Part shown: positions 21,173 through 30,536 of the stretch, in pieces | Position numbering within the stretch: position 1 is the first letter of the stretch | How the letters are laid out: each line of letters starts with the position of its first letter | Origin: an uncultured Chloroflexia bacterium | Lineage (GTDB): Bacteria > Chloroflexota > Anaerolineae > B4-G1 > SLSP01 | Length of the DNA stretch: 64,000 nt | Reading direction: 5' to 3' | NCBI GenBank assembly: GCA_963751345.1 | Contig: CAVVUS010000049.1 | Span: 32,001 to 96,000 of the forward strand | Notes under the pieces: generated by a model | What the model saw: the letters and a program-made list of their open reading frames with translations, nothing else | The model's database searches: none | What the model was told of the DNA's origin: nothing | Position numbers and translations under genes: made by a program

Positions 21173-21950
21173 TTGAGACCGAGACTTGGCCAGCGTTCGA
21201 CGACTGCGGCGGCATTGTGCCTGATCTTCCTGCTGTGGTTGGCGGGGTGTGGTCTGCTCGACACCCCGACAGCACTTCCTAGCGGCGAGTCCGTCTCCGA
21301 TCCCGGAGCGGTCACAGCACAACCCACGATTTCCCCGACAGCCGAGGCGACGACTCCCATCGGAGAGGCGAGTCCAATTGCGCCTGCCCAGGGATTGTTC
21401 GACTGGTTCTCACAGCATCTGGGGCGGACAGGTCTCCTGCTGGCGCTTCTGGCAGTGGTTGTCATGCTGCTGGCCATCGTGGTCATTGTCTTGGTCAGGC
21501 TCCTGACGCGGGCCCCGCAAACCTTCACAGACGGTGGCAGCGCCGGCGGTTCCGTCGCAAGGCATGCCTCGCCAGGGCGGGGGTAGTACCCGCGAGCTCA
21601 CCGGCGCACCCTCCGGTGCAACGCTGGTGCTGCAGGCGACGGGCAAGGAGGTACCCCCGGGAGAGCTGCCGACCTTCACGCTGAAGGCTGCCGGCGTGAC
21701 GATTGGACGGGAACCTGACAACGATCTGGTGATTGATGATGCCACGCCGGGCGCGGACACGGTCTCACGACGCCACGCTCGCGTTGTCCTTGAGGATGGG
21801 CATTGGATCGTCGAGGATCTGGACTCCCAGAATGGCATCTACGTCAACGGCCGGCGGACGGGCCGAAACCTGCTTCAGGATGGCTGGACGCTGGCGATCG
21901 GCGGCGTTCAGTTCATTTTCTATAACGGAACTGGGAGGACAGCGCAATGA
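21173..21950 (+). CDS. Lipoprotein-signal, TM and cytoplasmic FHA protein; frameshift near 21540-21580
   Basis: LWLAGC lipobox; long TM; FHA IGREPDNDL..VSRRHA..SQNG. Confidence 0.75.
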
Positions 21951-23740
21951 AGTGCCCGAGGTGTGGCACCGAAAACGCATCGGATGCCGGCTACTGTGAA
22001 GAGTGTGGTGCGAGCTTTGGGGCCGCGCCCGCATCGGTGGCGGCGACCGGTAGCCTGAGCACGCGTCAACTGCAAGCAGGCCCAGCGACGCCGAAGAGTG
22101 GTGTGAGCTCGCTGAAGGATACAACACCGTTGGGGGAGTTCACGAACCGGTTTGCGGCACTTCCCGAAGGGGCGATTCTCGGCCGACGCTACATCGTGCG
22201 CGAGGTGCGGGTCGAGGGTGAGACCCATAACGTCTATCTGGCCGAGGGTCTCGTTCCTGCACATGAGTGTCCGAACTGTCACGCCGTCAGCGAAACCGAG
22301 GACGAGCGCTACTGCTCCGACTGTGGGGCGGAATTGCAGGGCACGGAACCTGCTGTCCGGCGCTATCTTGTGCAGGAGCGGGTGAACGGAAATGCCTTCG
22401 CGATGGAGCGCCAGCTTCTGGGCATGCAGCTCGCCCACCCGGGGCTGCTGTTGCCCCTGGAGGTGTTCCAGGAGGCTCCCTACGGCGACGCTCGCACCTA
22501 TCGCGTGGTGCCTGAGTTTGCGCCTCCCCTGGCACAGACCCTGGTACTTCCACAGCCATGGGGCAAAGTTGTGTCCTGGGGGGCCGCGCTGGCGCAAGCG
22601 ATGGCGCATCTCCACCAGCACCAGATCGCCATTGGCGCGGTGGATGTGGCCCACATTGCTGTGGATGGCGACCAGGCGCTGTGGACCGGACTTAGCGATG
22701 TAAAGATCCTTCCACCGGAGCAGCGAAGTGATGCCGGTCAAGTCTTTGCCGTGGATGTCCAGCGACTTGCCGCCGCTCTCATCTACTTAGGGACGGGGAA
22801 AGAGCAACCCGCCACCGGACTCGAGCTGCCGGTAGGACTCAAGCAACTGCTAGGACAGGCTCTCGACGGGATCAGTGCGGCGCAGTTGGCGGCGCAGCTT
22901 CGTGCGCTGCTCGGGGGGAATGGCCGGTCGAGCTATGTGTCGCTGGTCGTGGGGGCGCGGAGCGATGTCGGACCCGTTCGAGAGCTCAATGAGGACAAGG
23001 CGTTGACGCGTAACCTCTCGGCCGGTAACGGGCCGGGACCCGCAGTGGGCCTCGTTCTGGTGGCGGATGGTATGGGAGGCTACGATGCCGGGGAGGTCGC
23101 GAGCGACCTGGCCTGTCGCGCGGTCGCCGCCCTGGCGGAGACGGAGCCGCCGCGTGTGACCCCCTGGGGCGACGTGGTGCCCGAGCCGGGTGAGTGGCTC
23201 ACCCGGGCAGTGCAGGCGGCCAACCGGTCGGTGTTCGATCAACGCCGCGCGGCGAGTTCCGATATGGGCACGACGATGGTGACCGCGCTGGTGATCGGCG
23301 CCGGCATAGATGGCGAGACCGACTCGGCCCCGGCGGCAACGGCGACGATCGCCAATGTGGGCGACAGCCGATGCTACCATCTCGGCGACGGGTCGATCCG
23401 GCGGGTGACCGTTGATCATTCCCTCGTCGAGCGTCTTGTTGCGGCGGGGCAGATCACGGCGGAGGAAGCTATCAACCATCCCCAGCGGAACGTCATCTAC
23501 CGGGCAATCGGTGACCAGCCGGAGGTCGAGGTGGACCTCTATGCTCAGTTGCTTCGCCCTGGCGAGGCTCTGCTCCTCTGCTCGGACGGGTTGAGCGGCA
23601 AGGTGCGCGATGAGCGACTACTGCAGATCTGGCAAGCTTCGATGTCGCCCCAAGAGGCGTGTGACCGGATGGTCGAGGCTGCTGTTCAAGCTGGAGGCGA
23701 GGACAATATCACGGCTGTCATCATCCGGGCAGTGCCATGA
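21947..23740 (+). CDS. Zinc ribbon-pseudokinase-PP2C (PPM) Ser/Thr phosphatase
   Basis: RELNED, VADGMGG, GTT, NVGDSR, LCSDGL and GGEDN PPM motifs; N-terminal CxxC ribbons and a degenerate kinase-like segment. Confidence 0.88.
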   Translation: MKCPRCGTENASDAGYCEECGASFGAAPASVAATGSLSTRQLQAGPATPKSGVSSLKDTTPLGEFTNRFAALPEGAILGRRYIVREVRVEGETHNVYLAEGLVPAHECPNCHAVSETEDERYCSDCGAELQGTEPAVRRYLVQERVNGNAFAMERQLLGMQLAHPGLLLPLEVFQEAPYGDARTYRVVPEFAPPLAQTLVLPQPWGKVVSWGAALAQAMAHLHQHQIAIGAVDVAHIAVDGDQALWTGLSDVKILPPEQRSDAGQVFAVDVQRLAAALIYLGTGKEQPATGLELPVGLKQLLGQALDGISAAQLAAQLRALLGGNGRSSYVSLVVGARSDVGPVRELNEDKALTRNLSAGNGPGPAVGLVLVADGMGGYDAGEVASDLACRAVAALAETEPPRVTPWGDVVPEPGEWLTRAVQAANRSVFDQRRAASSDMGTTMVTALVIGAGIDGETDSAPAATATIANVGDSRCYHLGDGSIRRVTVDHSLVERLVAAGQITAEEAINHPQRNVIYRAIGDQPEVEVDLYAQLLRPGEALLLCSDGLSGKVRDERLLQIWQASMSPQEACDRMVEAAVQAGGEDNITAVIIRAVP

Positions 23741-23779
23741 TGGCGTGAACCGACGCGACGACTAGACGGGAGGGGTGCG

Positions 23780-25999
23780 ATGAAGCTGCAACGTGTTCTG
23801 CTAAAGGTGATATGTTTGGCGGTCCTGTTCTCCGTGGGGTCGGTGCTCGTCGGTGCCCAGGATCTGGAGCCTCCTATCGTCGATATCCTTGGGCGGCCGG
23901 ATTCGCGTTCGGCGCCTCCCGATGTAAGCGCCTACGTGTCGGTTGTGGATCGCCCCAGTGGCCGGGTCATTGAGGGTCTGCAGGATGCCAATTTCTCGGC
24001 GCAGATCTCTGAGGAGGAGATTCAGCCGACGGTGGCTCTGGACACGACCGGTCTGGCGGTAGTGATGGTGATCGACCGGGGCGGGATCGCGCGTCGCAAC
24101 GACCCGCGTATCGGCAGTGCCGTGGATCTTGCGAGCGCCCTGCTCAATATGCTCAACGTTGACGGAACGCCCACAGCCGATCTCGTTGCCCTAATCGGCA
24201 TTCGCGGACAGGATCAGGGCGGGCTGACGCCTGCGGTGAATTTCACCGACTTCGACCCAGTCGCCATCAGCAACCAGTTTGATGCCCTGCGGACCGAGGT
24301 GGTGGACGAGACGACGCCGCTCTACGATGGGATCGACCGGGCGATCTCGTGGATTGCGAGCAACCCCGACCCAGCGATCCAGGACAAGCTGGCGCTTCGC
24401 CGCAAGATCATCTTTGTCTTCTCCGACGGCATCGACCGCGGTTTCAGCGACGAGTCGCACGAGGCCCTGATCGTCGATCAGGCCCAGCAGAACGACATCC
24501 TCATTTACGCGATCCAGATGACGGCGAACGGGAGGACCGCGGAGTCTGATAGCCTGAACGCCATGGCGACGCAGAGCAACGGCACCTTCTTCGTCGACAG
24601 CCCGGACACGCACGACCAGGTGATCTCGCACTTCCAGGACATCGTGACGCAGCGGCAGGCCTATCGTGTGACCTTCCCGCTGACCCGACCTCTGGGTGAC
24701 TACCAATTGCAGATCCGGGTGCTCAATGCGCCCGGGGGCGCCGGATCAGATATGAGCGTGGTATCTTCGAACCTGCAGAAGCCGGTCATCACCCTCAACG
24801 CTCCGCCCAATCCGACGTTCGTCGTGCCATACTCGGAGGACGATGGCGGATTCGTCACCACGATGGTGCCTTTGACGGTGCTGCTCAGCAACCGCGACGG
24901 CGCGCCTCGCAATCCCGATGAGGTCTCGTACTTCGCCAACGAGCAGCGCATCGGTGTGTCGGGTGATGTGCCCGACTATGCCTTCACGTGGGACGTGACG
25001 AACCTCGCCGCCCCGTCCACCGACCGGATCACAAGGACCTACACGCTTGTAGCGCGCGCAACCGACCCTTATCTCGACGAGGAGTTGCAGAGTCAACTGG
25101 TCGACGTGCAGGTGGCCTGGGAGCCACAGCCTGAGGCGGCCCCCCAGACGGTGTCGGAGGCGGTGACCGCCAGCGTCGCGGAGACGTGGTGGGTGCTACC
25201 GATCTTCGGTGTCCTGGGACTCGGGTTGATCGTCGTCATCGTACTGCTTGTTCGAACGCGCGGACAGGTCGCCCGGAAGGTCGTGCAGAATACCAGCACG
25301 GCAATCAAGGGGGTGACGCAGCGCCTGGGGAGCGGGGGGGCGATGCCTGCGGCCAGCGGCAAGCTCGTCGTGGTCCAGGGCCCGCGTATGGGCAACGAGT
25401 TCAGCTTGGCGACCCCTGCCGCGAGGGTTGGGCGAGATGCTGAGTTCAGCGATTTTGCCCTCAACGACCGGTTCGTCTCCAATCCGCACTTCACGATCCT
25501 GGAGGAAGGGGGGCAGTTCTACATCCGCGACGAGGGGAGTACCAACCGAACTCGCGTGAACGGCGTCGTCATCCCGCCTAACCAGCGCCTACCACTCTCG
25601 CCGGACGCCATCATTGAGGCGGGGCAGACTCGAATGCAGCTCAAACGATTGGGCGGCGACACGCGCCGGGTGGGCGCCTCGGAGACGGTCTATGCGCCTC
25701 AGACGGCGAATGCGCCTCAGACGGCGAATGCGCCTCAGACGGCGGGCGCGCCTCAGACGGCGGGAGGTCGTCCGACAGTCGCTGCGGGGCGAGGGCCTAG
25801 CTCGCCCGGGATCTCCCCGACGCGGATCGTATCTCCTCGCCAGGAGGAGCCGCGTGGTGATACGGCGGCGCCGACGGTCATCTCAGAGGACGCGGAAGAT
25901 GCTGCGACCCGGCAGCGGGCCTCCGAGGATGAAGACAAGTACAAGACGAGGAACGTCTCAGACGATAGGTACAAGACGAGGAACATCAGACAGGAGTAG
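23780..25999 (+). CDS. Secreted vWA plus Ig-like domain, TM, cytoplasmic FHA and repetitive tail
   Basis: Signal peptide; VIDRGG (degenerate MIDAS), TPLYDGI, VFSDGID; TM WWVLPIFG; FHA GRD..VSNPH..STNRT. Confidence 0.82.
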   Translation: MKLQRVLLKVICLAVLFSVGSVLVGAQDLEPPIVDILGRPDSRSAPPDVSAYVSVVDRPSGRVIEGLQDANFSAQISEEEIQPTVALDTTGLAVVMVIDRGGIARRNDPRIGSAVDLASALLNMLNVDGTPTADLVALIGIRGQDQGGLTPAVNFTDFDPVAISNQFDALRTEVVDETTPLYDGIDRAISWIASNPDPAIQDKLALRRKIIFVFSDGIDRGFSDESHEALIVDQAQQNDILIYAIQMTANGRTAESDSLNAMATQSNGTFFVDSPDTHDQVISHFQDIVTQRQAYRVTFPLTRPLGDYQLQIRVLNAPGGAGSDMSVVSSNLQKPVITLNAPPNPTFVVPYSEDDGGFVTTMVPLTVLLSNRDGAPRNPDEVSYFANEQRIGVSGDVPDYAFTWDVTNLAAPSTDRITRTYTLVARATDPYLDEELQSQLVDVQVAWEPQPEAAPQTVSEAVTASVAETWWVLPIFGVLGLGLIVVIVLLVRTRGQVARKVVQNTSTAIKGVTQRLGSGGAMPAASGKLVVVQGPRMGNEFSLATPAARVGRDAEFSDFALNDRFVSNPHFTILEEGGQFYIRDEGSTNRTRVNGVVIPPNQRLPLSPDAIIEAGQTRMQLKRLGGDTRRVGASETVYAPQTANAPQTANAPQTAGAPQTAGGRPTVAAGRGPSSPGISPTRIVSPRQEEPRGDTAAPTVISEDAEDAATRQRASEDEDKYKTRNVSDDRYKTRNIRQE
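25694..25765 (+). repeat. Four 18-bp tandem coding repeats (APQTAN/APQTAG)
   Basis: GCGCCTCAGACGGCG-NNN repeated four times. Confidence 0.9.
25931..25990 (+). repeat. Two 30-bp coding repeats ([ED]D[KR]YKTRN[VI])
   Basis: GTACAAGACGAGGAAC occurs twice at 30-bp spacing. Confidence 0.85.
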
Positions 26000-26004
26000 A
26001 CACA

Positions 26005-27180
26005 ATGCCTATTTGCGCGAATTGCGGCGCCCAGCAGCCGGAGGGAGTGGCTTTCTGTGATGAGTGCGGCGCCCCATTGCGAAGCCAACAGGTGCCCGCG
26101 CAGCCGTCCCCGGCTGCAGGGCAGGCACGGACCGTGGTCGCCTCTAACGTCTGTCCGGTCTGTGGTGCGCGGACCTCGCCGCAGGATCCCTTCTGTTCGA
26201 ATTGTGGCGCTGCATTGAGAGAGGCGGCATCTGGTGTGGTGGCTGACGGGCAACCGCAGAACCTACCCCAACAGCAGGCTGTCTCGCAGCCGCCGGCGGA
26301 GCCCTGGCCAATGCCTGCCCCTGGCGCGTCGGCCGATGCCCCTACGGCTTTTGGGCAACCTGGAGTGTCTCCGCCGCAGGCGCCTGCACCCCAAGCTGGC
26401 CTCGGAGCGACCGTCGTCTCGGGGCAGGGGGGGCGTGGGATGGCGGGTGGCATTCCCCCGCAGGAGCTCTACGGTCCGCCCGGTGGCTTACCACCGGCCG
26501 GCGCCAATCTGCCCGCACCCGGTCCACTGATCTGCACGAACTGCGGGGCAAAACTCGAGCCCGACAGTGCATTTTGCGATATGTGTGGCGCTCCCGTGCG
26601 CCCACCGGCGTCTCAGAGTGCGGCCGCGCCTCAGCAGGTGCCGCAGCCTCGGACCGCATCCGGGTCCCAAGTATGGGGCCCGCCCGAGCCCGGAGCCGGC
26701 CCCTCGGCGGCTGAGCCCACGCAAACAACATCACCGCCGGCCCAGACGCCGGATGCTACTTCGTTAGCGTGGGGAGGTGAGTTGGGTACGTCGCAGTCTG
26801 CGCCACCTGTGGCCTCGGGGTATGAGGATGTTGAGCCGGCGCCTCGGCCGCCGCTGACCGGGAGGTTCATCATACAGGGGACTGACGCATCTCTGCCGAT
26901 CCCGCCCGGACAGATCGAAGTGATAGTCGGGCGAGAGGATCCTGTCAGGGGAATCCACCCCGATATTGACTTGACCGACCACGGCGGCGACGAAGGCGGC
27001 GTTTCGCGGAGGCACGCCCGGATCATCGTCGAGAGCGGTCAGTTCTACATCGAGGATCTCGAAAGCCTCAACCACACGCTTCTCAACCAGGAGCAGTTGA
27101 CGCCCGGGCACCTACGCCCACTCCATACCGGAGATGAAGTCGCCTTTGGCCGCGTGATAACCATCTTCCAGAGGACGTGA
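26005..27180 (+). CDS. Triple zinc ribbon, Pro/Gln-rich linker and FHA protein (FraH-like architecture)
   Basis: Three CxxC-x10-FCxxCG units; IVGREDP..PDIDL..GVSRRHA..SLNHT. Confidence 0.85.
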   Translation: MPICANCGAQQPEGVAFCDECGAPLRSQQVPAQPSPAAGQARTVVASNVCPVCGARTSPQDPFCSNCGAALREAASGVVADGQPQNLPQQQAVSQPPAEPWPMPAPGASADAPTAFGQPGVSPPQAPAPQAGLGATVVSGQGGRGMAGGIPPQELYGPPGGLPPAGANLPAPGPLICTNCGAKLEPDSAFCDMCGAPVRPPASQSAAAPQQVPQPRTASGSQVWGPPEPGAGPSAAEPTQTTSPPAQTPDATSLAWGGELGTSQSAPPVASGYEDVEPAPRPPLTGRFIIQGTDASLPIPPGQIEVIVGREDPVRGIHPDIDLTDHGGDEGGVSRRHARIIVESGQFYIEDLESLNHTLLNQEQLTPGHLRPLHTGDEVAFGRVITIFQRT

Positions 27181-27359
27181 GAGCATCCGTGCTGGAATCG
27201 CGGATTTCTACGAACGCCGTAGGTTTGACGGCGGAAGTCCGGGACGCCGACCTCTTGGGCGGCGCGCCCGTCAGGATCACGTCGGAACGCGAGCAACCGC
27301 GATCCGTCGAGTCCAGCCAACGCGTATACTCTGGGAATCCGAGATCTCGCGAGCAGGTC

Positions 27360-28418
27360 ATGTATTCCCGGGTCGCCCAAAGACTGGACGGCGTGTTGCA
27401 TCGTGCCGAGATAGGCGATCCGAGTTGTGGGCACGTGAGCTTCGATGTGCACACGGACCGTTACATCCTCTTCTCCGACCTGCATCGCGGGGCGCGAACT
27501 GCTGCGGATGAGTTTCAGGGGGCCGAACGTGCCTATCGCGCTGCGCTTGCGTACTATCTCGAACTCGGCTACACCCTGGTCGTCCTGGGCGATGCCGAGG
27601 AGCTCTGGGAGGAACGTGCGGCTGCTGTTCTGGCTTCCTATGGTGAGACTTTCGAGCTCGAGGCAGAGTTCCATCGCCGGAGGAGATACCTGAGGATCTG
27701 GGGCAATCACGATGACGAGTGGCAGTATCCGGCCGGGGTTGGTCGGCTATTGGCACCTGTCTACGGATCACCTCGACTGCAGGTTTATGAGGGCATCCTT
27801 GTCGAGATGACCGAGGGTGATCGGACCTTGGGCCGGCTGTTCCTTGTGCATGGCCATCAGGGCGATGCGAGAAGCGATCGTTGGGCGTGGGCTTCGAAGC
27901 TGGTGATCCGCTATCTCTGGCGTCCCTATCAGCGATTGACGCGAGCGAGGATCAACACACCTGCGACAAGCTGGGGCCTCCGTGACAAGCTCAACCGCGC
28001 GATGTACGCGTGGGCGGAAACGCAAGGCAAGCTGGTGTTGATCGCGGGACATACACACCATCCGGTCTTCAGGTCGATGTCGCACGAGGCGCGAATCCGG
28101 GCGCGGCTGGCGGAGCTCGAAGCAGCCGCCGGAGATCCGATGCTGCCCTCCGAACGGCTGGAAATCGCCTACCTGCGCGCACAATTCCAGTGGGTCCGGA
28201 CGTCTAATCAAGGGTCCCAGCGGCAGCCGGAGGGGATCTCCTTCGATACGCCCTGTTATTTCAACACCGGATGCTGCTGCTATGATGACGGTGACATCAC
28301 GGGCCTTGAGATCGCTGACGGCGAGATCCGCTTGGTGCGGTGGCCCGACGATTATGGCGAACCACGTCCTCACGTGCTTGATCGCGACAGGCTGGACGCC
28401 GTGCTGGCTGCTTGCTGA
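27360..28418 (+). CDS. Calcineurin-like metallophosphoesterase
   Basis: SDLH, LGD, WGNHD, VHGH, GHTH and FNTG motifs. Confidence 0.85.
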   Translation: MYSRVAQRLDGVLHRAEIGDPSCGHVSFDVHTDRYILFSDLHRGARTAADEFQGAERAYRAALAYYLELGYTLVVLGDAEELWEERAAAVLASYGETFELEAEFHRRRRYLRIWGNHDDEWQYPAGVGRLLAPVYGSPRLQVYEGILVEMTEGDRTLGRLFLVHGHQGDARSDRWAWASKLVIRYLWRPYQRLTRARINTPATSWGLRDKLNRAMYAWAETQGKLVLIAGHTHHPVFRSMSHEARIRARLAELEAAAGDPMLPSERLEIAYLRAQFQWVRTSNQGSQRQPEGISFDTPCYFNTGCCCYDDGDITGLEIADGEIRLVRWPDDYGEPRPHVLDRDRLDAVLAAC

Positions 28419-28434
28419 CCGGCTCTGTTAACGG

Positions 28435-29486
28435 TCAGTTTCTGACCATCACCTTGATGGTCTCCGACCGGTGTGCAGAGGCGAACTCAAAGGCTTCGAC
28501 AACCTCTGTGAAAGCGAAGCGGTGCGACACAAGCCGGTCGACGTGGAGCCTTCCCGACGCCAGCAGGCTGATCGCGGTCGGGTAGGTGTTGGCGTAGCGG
28601 TTGACTCCCCGCACGTCCAGTTCCTTTGTCCAGGACAACCTCAATCGGGAAGTCGACGGTGGAACTCTCCGGCCAACCCACGAGGGTGACCACGCCGCCA
28701 CGCTTGGCGAGGTGCGGCGTGAGTTTGCACGCGGTCGACGAGCCGCTTGTGTCGAAGACGACATCCACGCCGCGACCGTGGGTCAGCTCTGCGATCGCCT
28801 CGACGGGGTCGGATCGCAGCGACCGTTGATGGGCGTCGCGCCCAGCGAGCCGCCAGCGCTCAGCCGGTTGGCCAGGAGATCCACGGCGAACGCTTGCGTC
28901 GCGCCATAGGCCCGAGCGACGAGGAGCGTCACCAGGCCGATAGGGCCGGCACCCAGCACGGCGATCGTGTCGCCCGCGTGGAGACCCGCCCGGTTGCACG
29001 CCTGAATGCCCACGCTCACCGGCTCCACAAAGCCGCCGCCTCGTCGTCCACCGTGTCGGGCACCGGATGGGCGAAGTCGGCTGCCACAGCAGCGTACCCG
29101 GCAAAGGTCCCGTTTACGGGTGGCGCCGACATAAAGACGACGTCAGGGCAGAGATTGTAGCGTCCGGACTTGCACATCTCACAGCGTCGGCACGGAACGC
29201 CCGGTTCGATCGCCACCCGACTGCCCAGAGCAGGGCCGCTACCCGAGGCTGCTGCCTGTGCCACGACGCCGCACGCCTCGTGGCCCGGGATGTAGGGCGA
29301 GGTGACTACGAAGGGGCCGAGTTGGCCGCGCTCATAGAAATGAATGTCGGATCCGCAGAGCCCGTTCGTCGTGATGCGCACCAGCACTTCGTCAGGTCTG
29401 GGTTTCGGCGTCGCCACGCGTTCGTAGCGGAGATCGCGTGCGCTGTAGAGCACGGCTGCATCCATCGTTGCGGGCGTTTCGACCAT
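28435..29486 (-). CDS. Zn-dependent polyol (sorbitol/xylitol-type) dehydrogenase; several frameshifts
   Basis: GLCGSD, GHEACG, CRRCEMCKSGRYNLC, GAGPIG and RYANTYP distributed over frames. Confidence 0.85.
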
Positions 29487-29625
29487 GGCGATGCTCCTTA
29501 TCGATGCGGAAACCTGGGCACCCCAGCAAGGTTTGTAGTAACGACTTCAGTCGTTCTGGCACCTCAGAAGGCGCTACCAGAACCGATGAATCGGTTACTA
29601 CAAACCTGCTGGCCGTTTGTGGTTC

Positions 29626-30528
29626 TTACGAGTGCTTTGCTTCGATCCCGAATGCTCGTGCGACCTCTGTCAACTCCTCCATCCGCTCCTTGGTAGGCGG
29701 CGTCAGCGTGGCGGCGTCGTAGGCCATGTCCAGACTATCGTACTTGCTCGTGGCCATCGCGTGGAAGCGCAGAAGCTCGTAGGAGGCCAGGTTGGGCAGG
29801 CCTGCCACGAAGCCTGCTATCTCAGCGATGGTCGCCTCATCATCATTGACGCCCGGCACGATGGGCGTCCGGACGATGAGCGGTTTGCCCGTCTCGCCCA
29901 GACGCTTGGCGTTCTCCAGGATCCGTTCGTTGGGGACGCCAACGAAGGTGCGATGGCGCTCGGAGTTCATCAGTTTCACGTCCATCATCACCAGGTCGGT
30001 GACGGGTAGAACCCGCTCGATGCGCTCCCACGGCATGTTCGCCGCGGTCTCGATGGCGGTGTGGATGCCGGCATCGTGGCAGCGCGCCAGGACCGCTTCG
30101 GTGAATTCGAGCTGGAGCAACGGATCGCCGCCCGAGAGCGTCACGCCGCCGCCCGAGGTCTCATAGAACGCGCGGTCGCGCAACACGGTCTCGACGACAT
30201 CGTCAACGGTCTTGGTCTCGCCGATCAGGACGAGCGCCTTCGCGTAGCATGTCTCGGTGCATACCCCGCAGCCGATGCACACCGAGCGATCGAAGAGATG
30301 CTCGCCATCGACGAGGGTATGCGCGCCCTGCGGGCAGCGCTCGAAGCACTCACCACACCCGATGCAGCGGTCCAGGAAGAGCTGCAATTGCGGCTTCGGG
30401 CTCAGCGTCTCCGGGTTGTGGCACCAGAAGCAGCGTTGGTTGCAGCCCTTCAGAAAGACCGTCGTACGGATGCCTGGGCCATCGTGGATCGAAAAGTGTT
30501 GGATATCTGTGACGATGCCTTCGATCAT
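29626..30528 (-). CDS. Glycyl-radical enzyme activating radical SAM protein with ferredoxin insert
   Basis: HDGPGIRTTVFLKGC, CNQRCFWC, two CxxCxxCxxxC motifs, GGVTLSGGDP. Confidence 0.95.
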   Translation of the reverse strand: MIEGIVTDIQHFSIHDGPGIRTTVFLKGCNQRCFWCHNPETLSPKPQLQLFLDRCIGCGECFERCPQGAHTLVDGEHLFDRSVCIGCGVCTETCYAKALVLIGETKTVDDVVETVLRDRAFYETSGGGVTLSGGDPLLQLEFTEAVLARCHDAGIHTAIETAANMPWERIERVLPVTDLVMMDVKLMNSERHRTFVGVPNERILENAKRLGETGKPLIVRTPIVPGVNDDEATIAEIAGFVAGLPNLASYELLRFHAMATSKYDSLDMAYDAATLTPPTKERMEELTEVARAFGIEAKHS

Positions 30529-30536
30529 CAGATGGC

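Noticed and set aside
25694-25990. Short repeats as a possible CRISPR array or DGR template/variable pair
   Set aside because: In-frame coding repeats without spacers; no cas or reverse transcriptase gene; kinase copy differences are not adenine-specific.
10765-27180. Type VI or type VII secretion locus, suggested by the FHA, PP2C, kinase and vWA genes
   Set aside because: No TssB/C, Hcp, VgrG, ClpV, FtsK/EssC or WXG100 genes are visible in the window.
27177-27359. N-terminal extension of the metallophosphoesterase from a GTG overlapping the FHA gene stop
   Set aside because: The extension has no recognisable features; ATG 27360 is the more plausible start, though coupling cannot be excluded.
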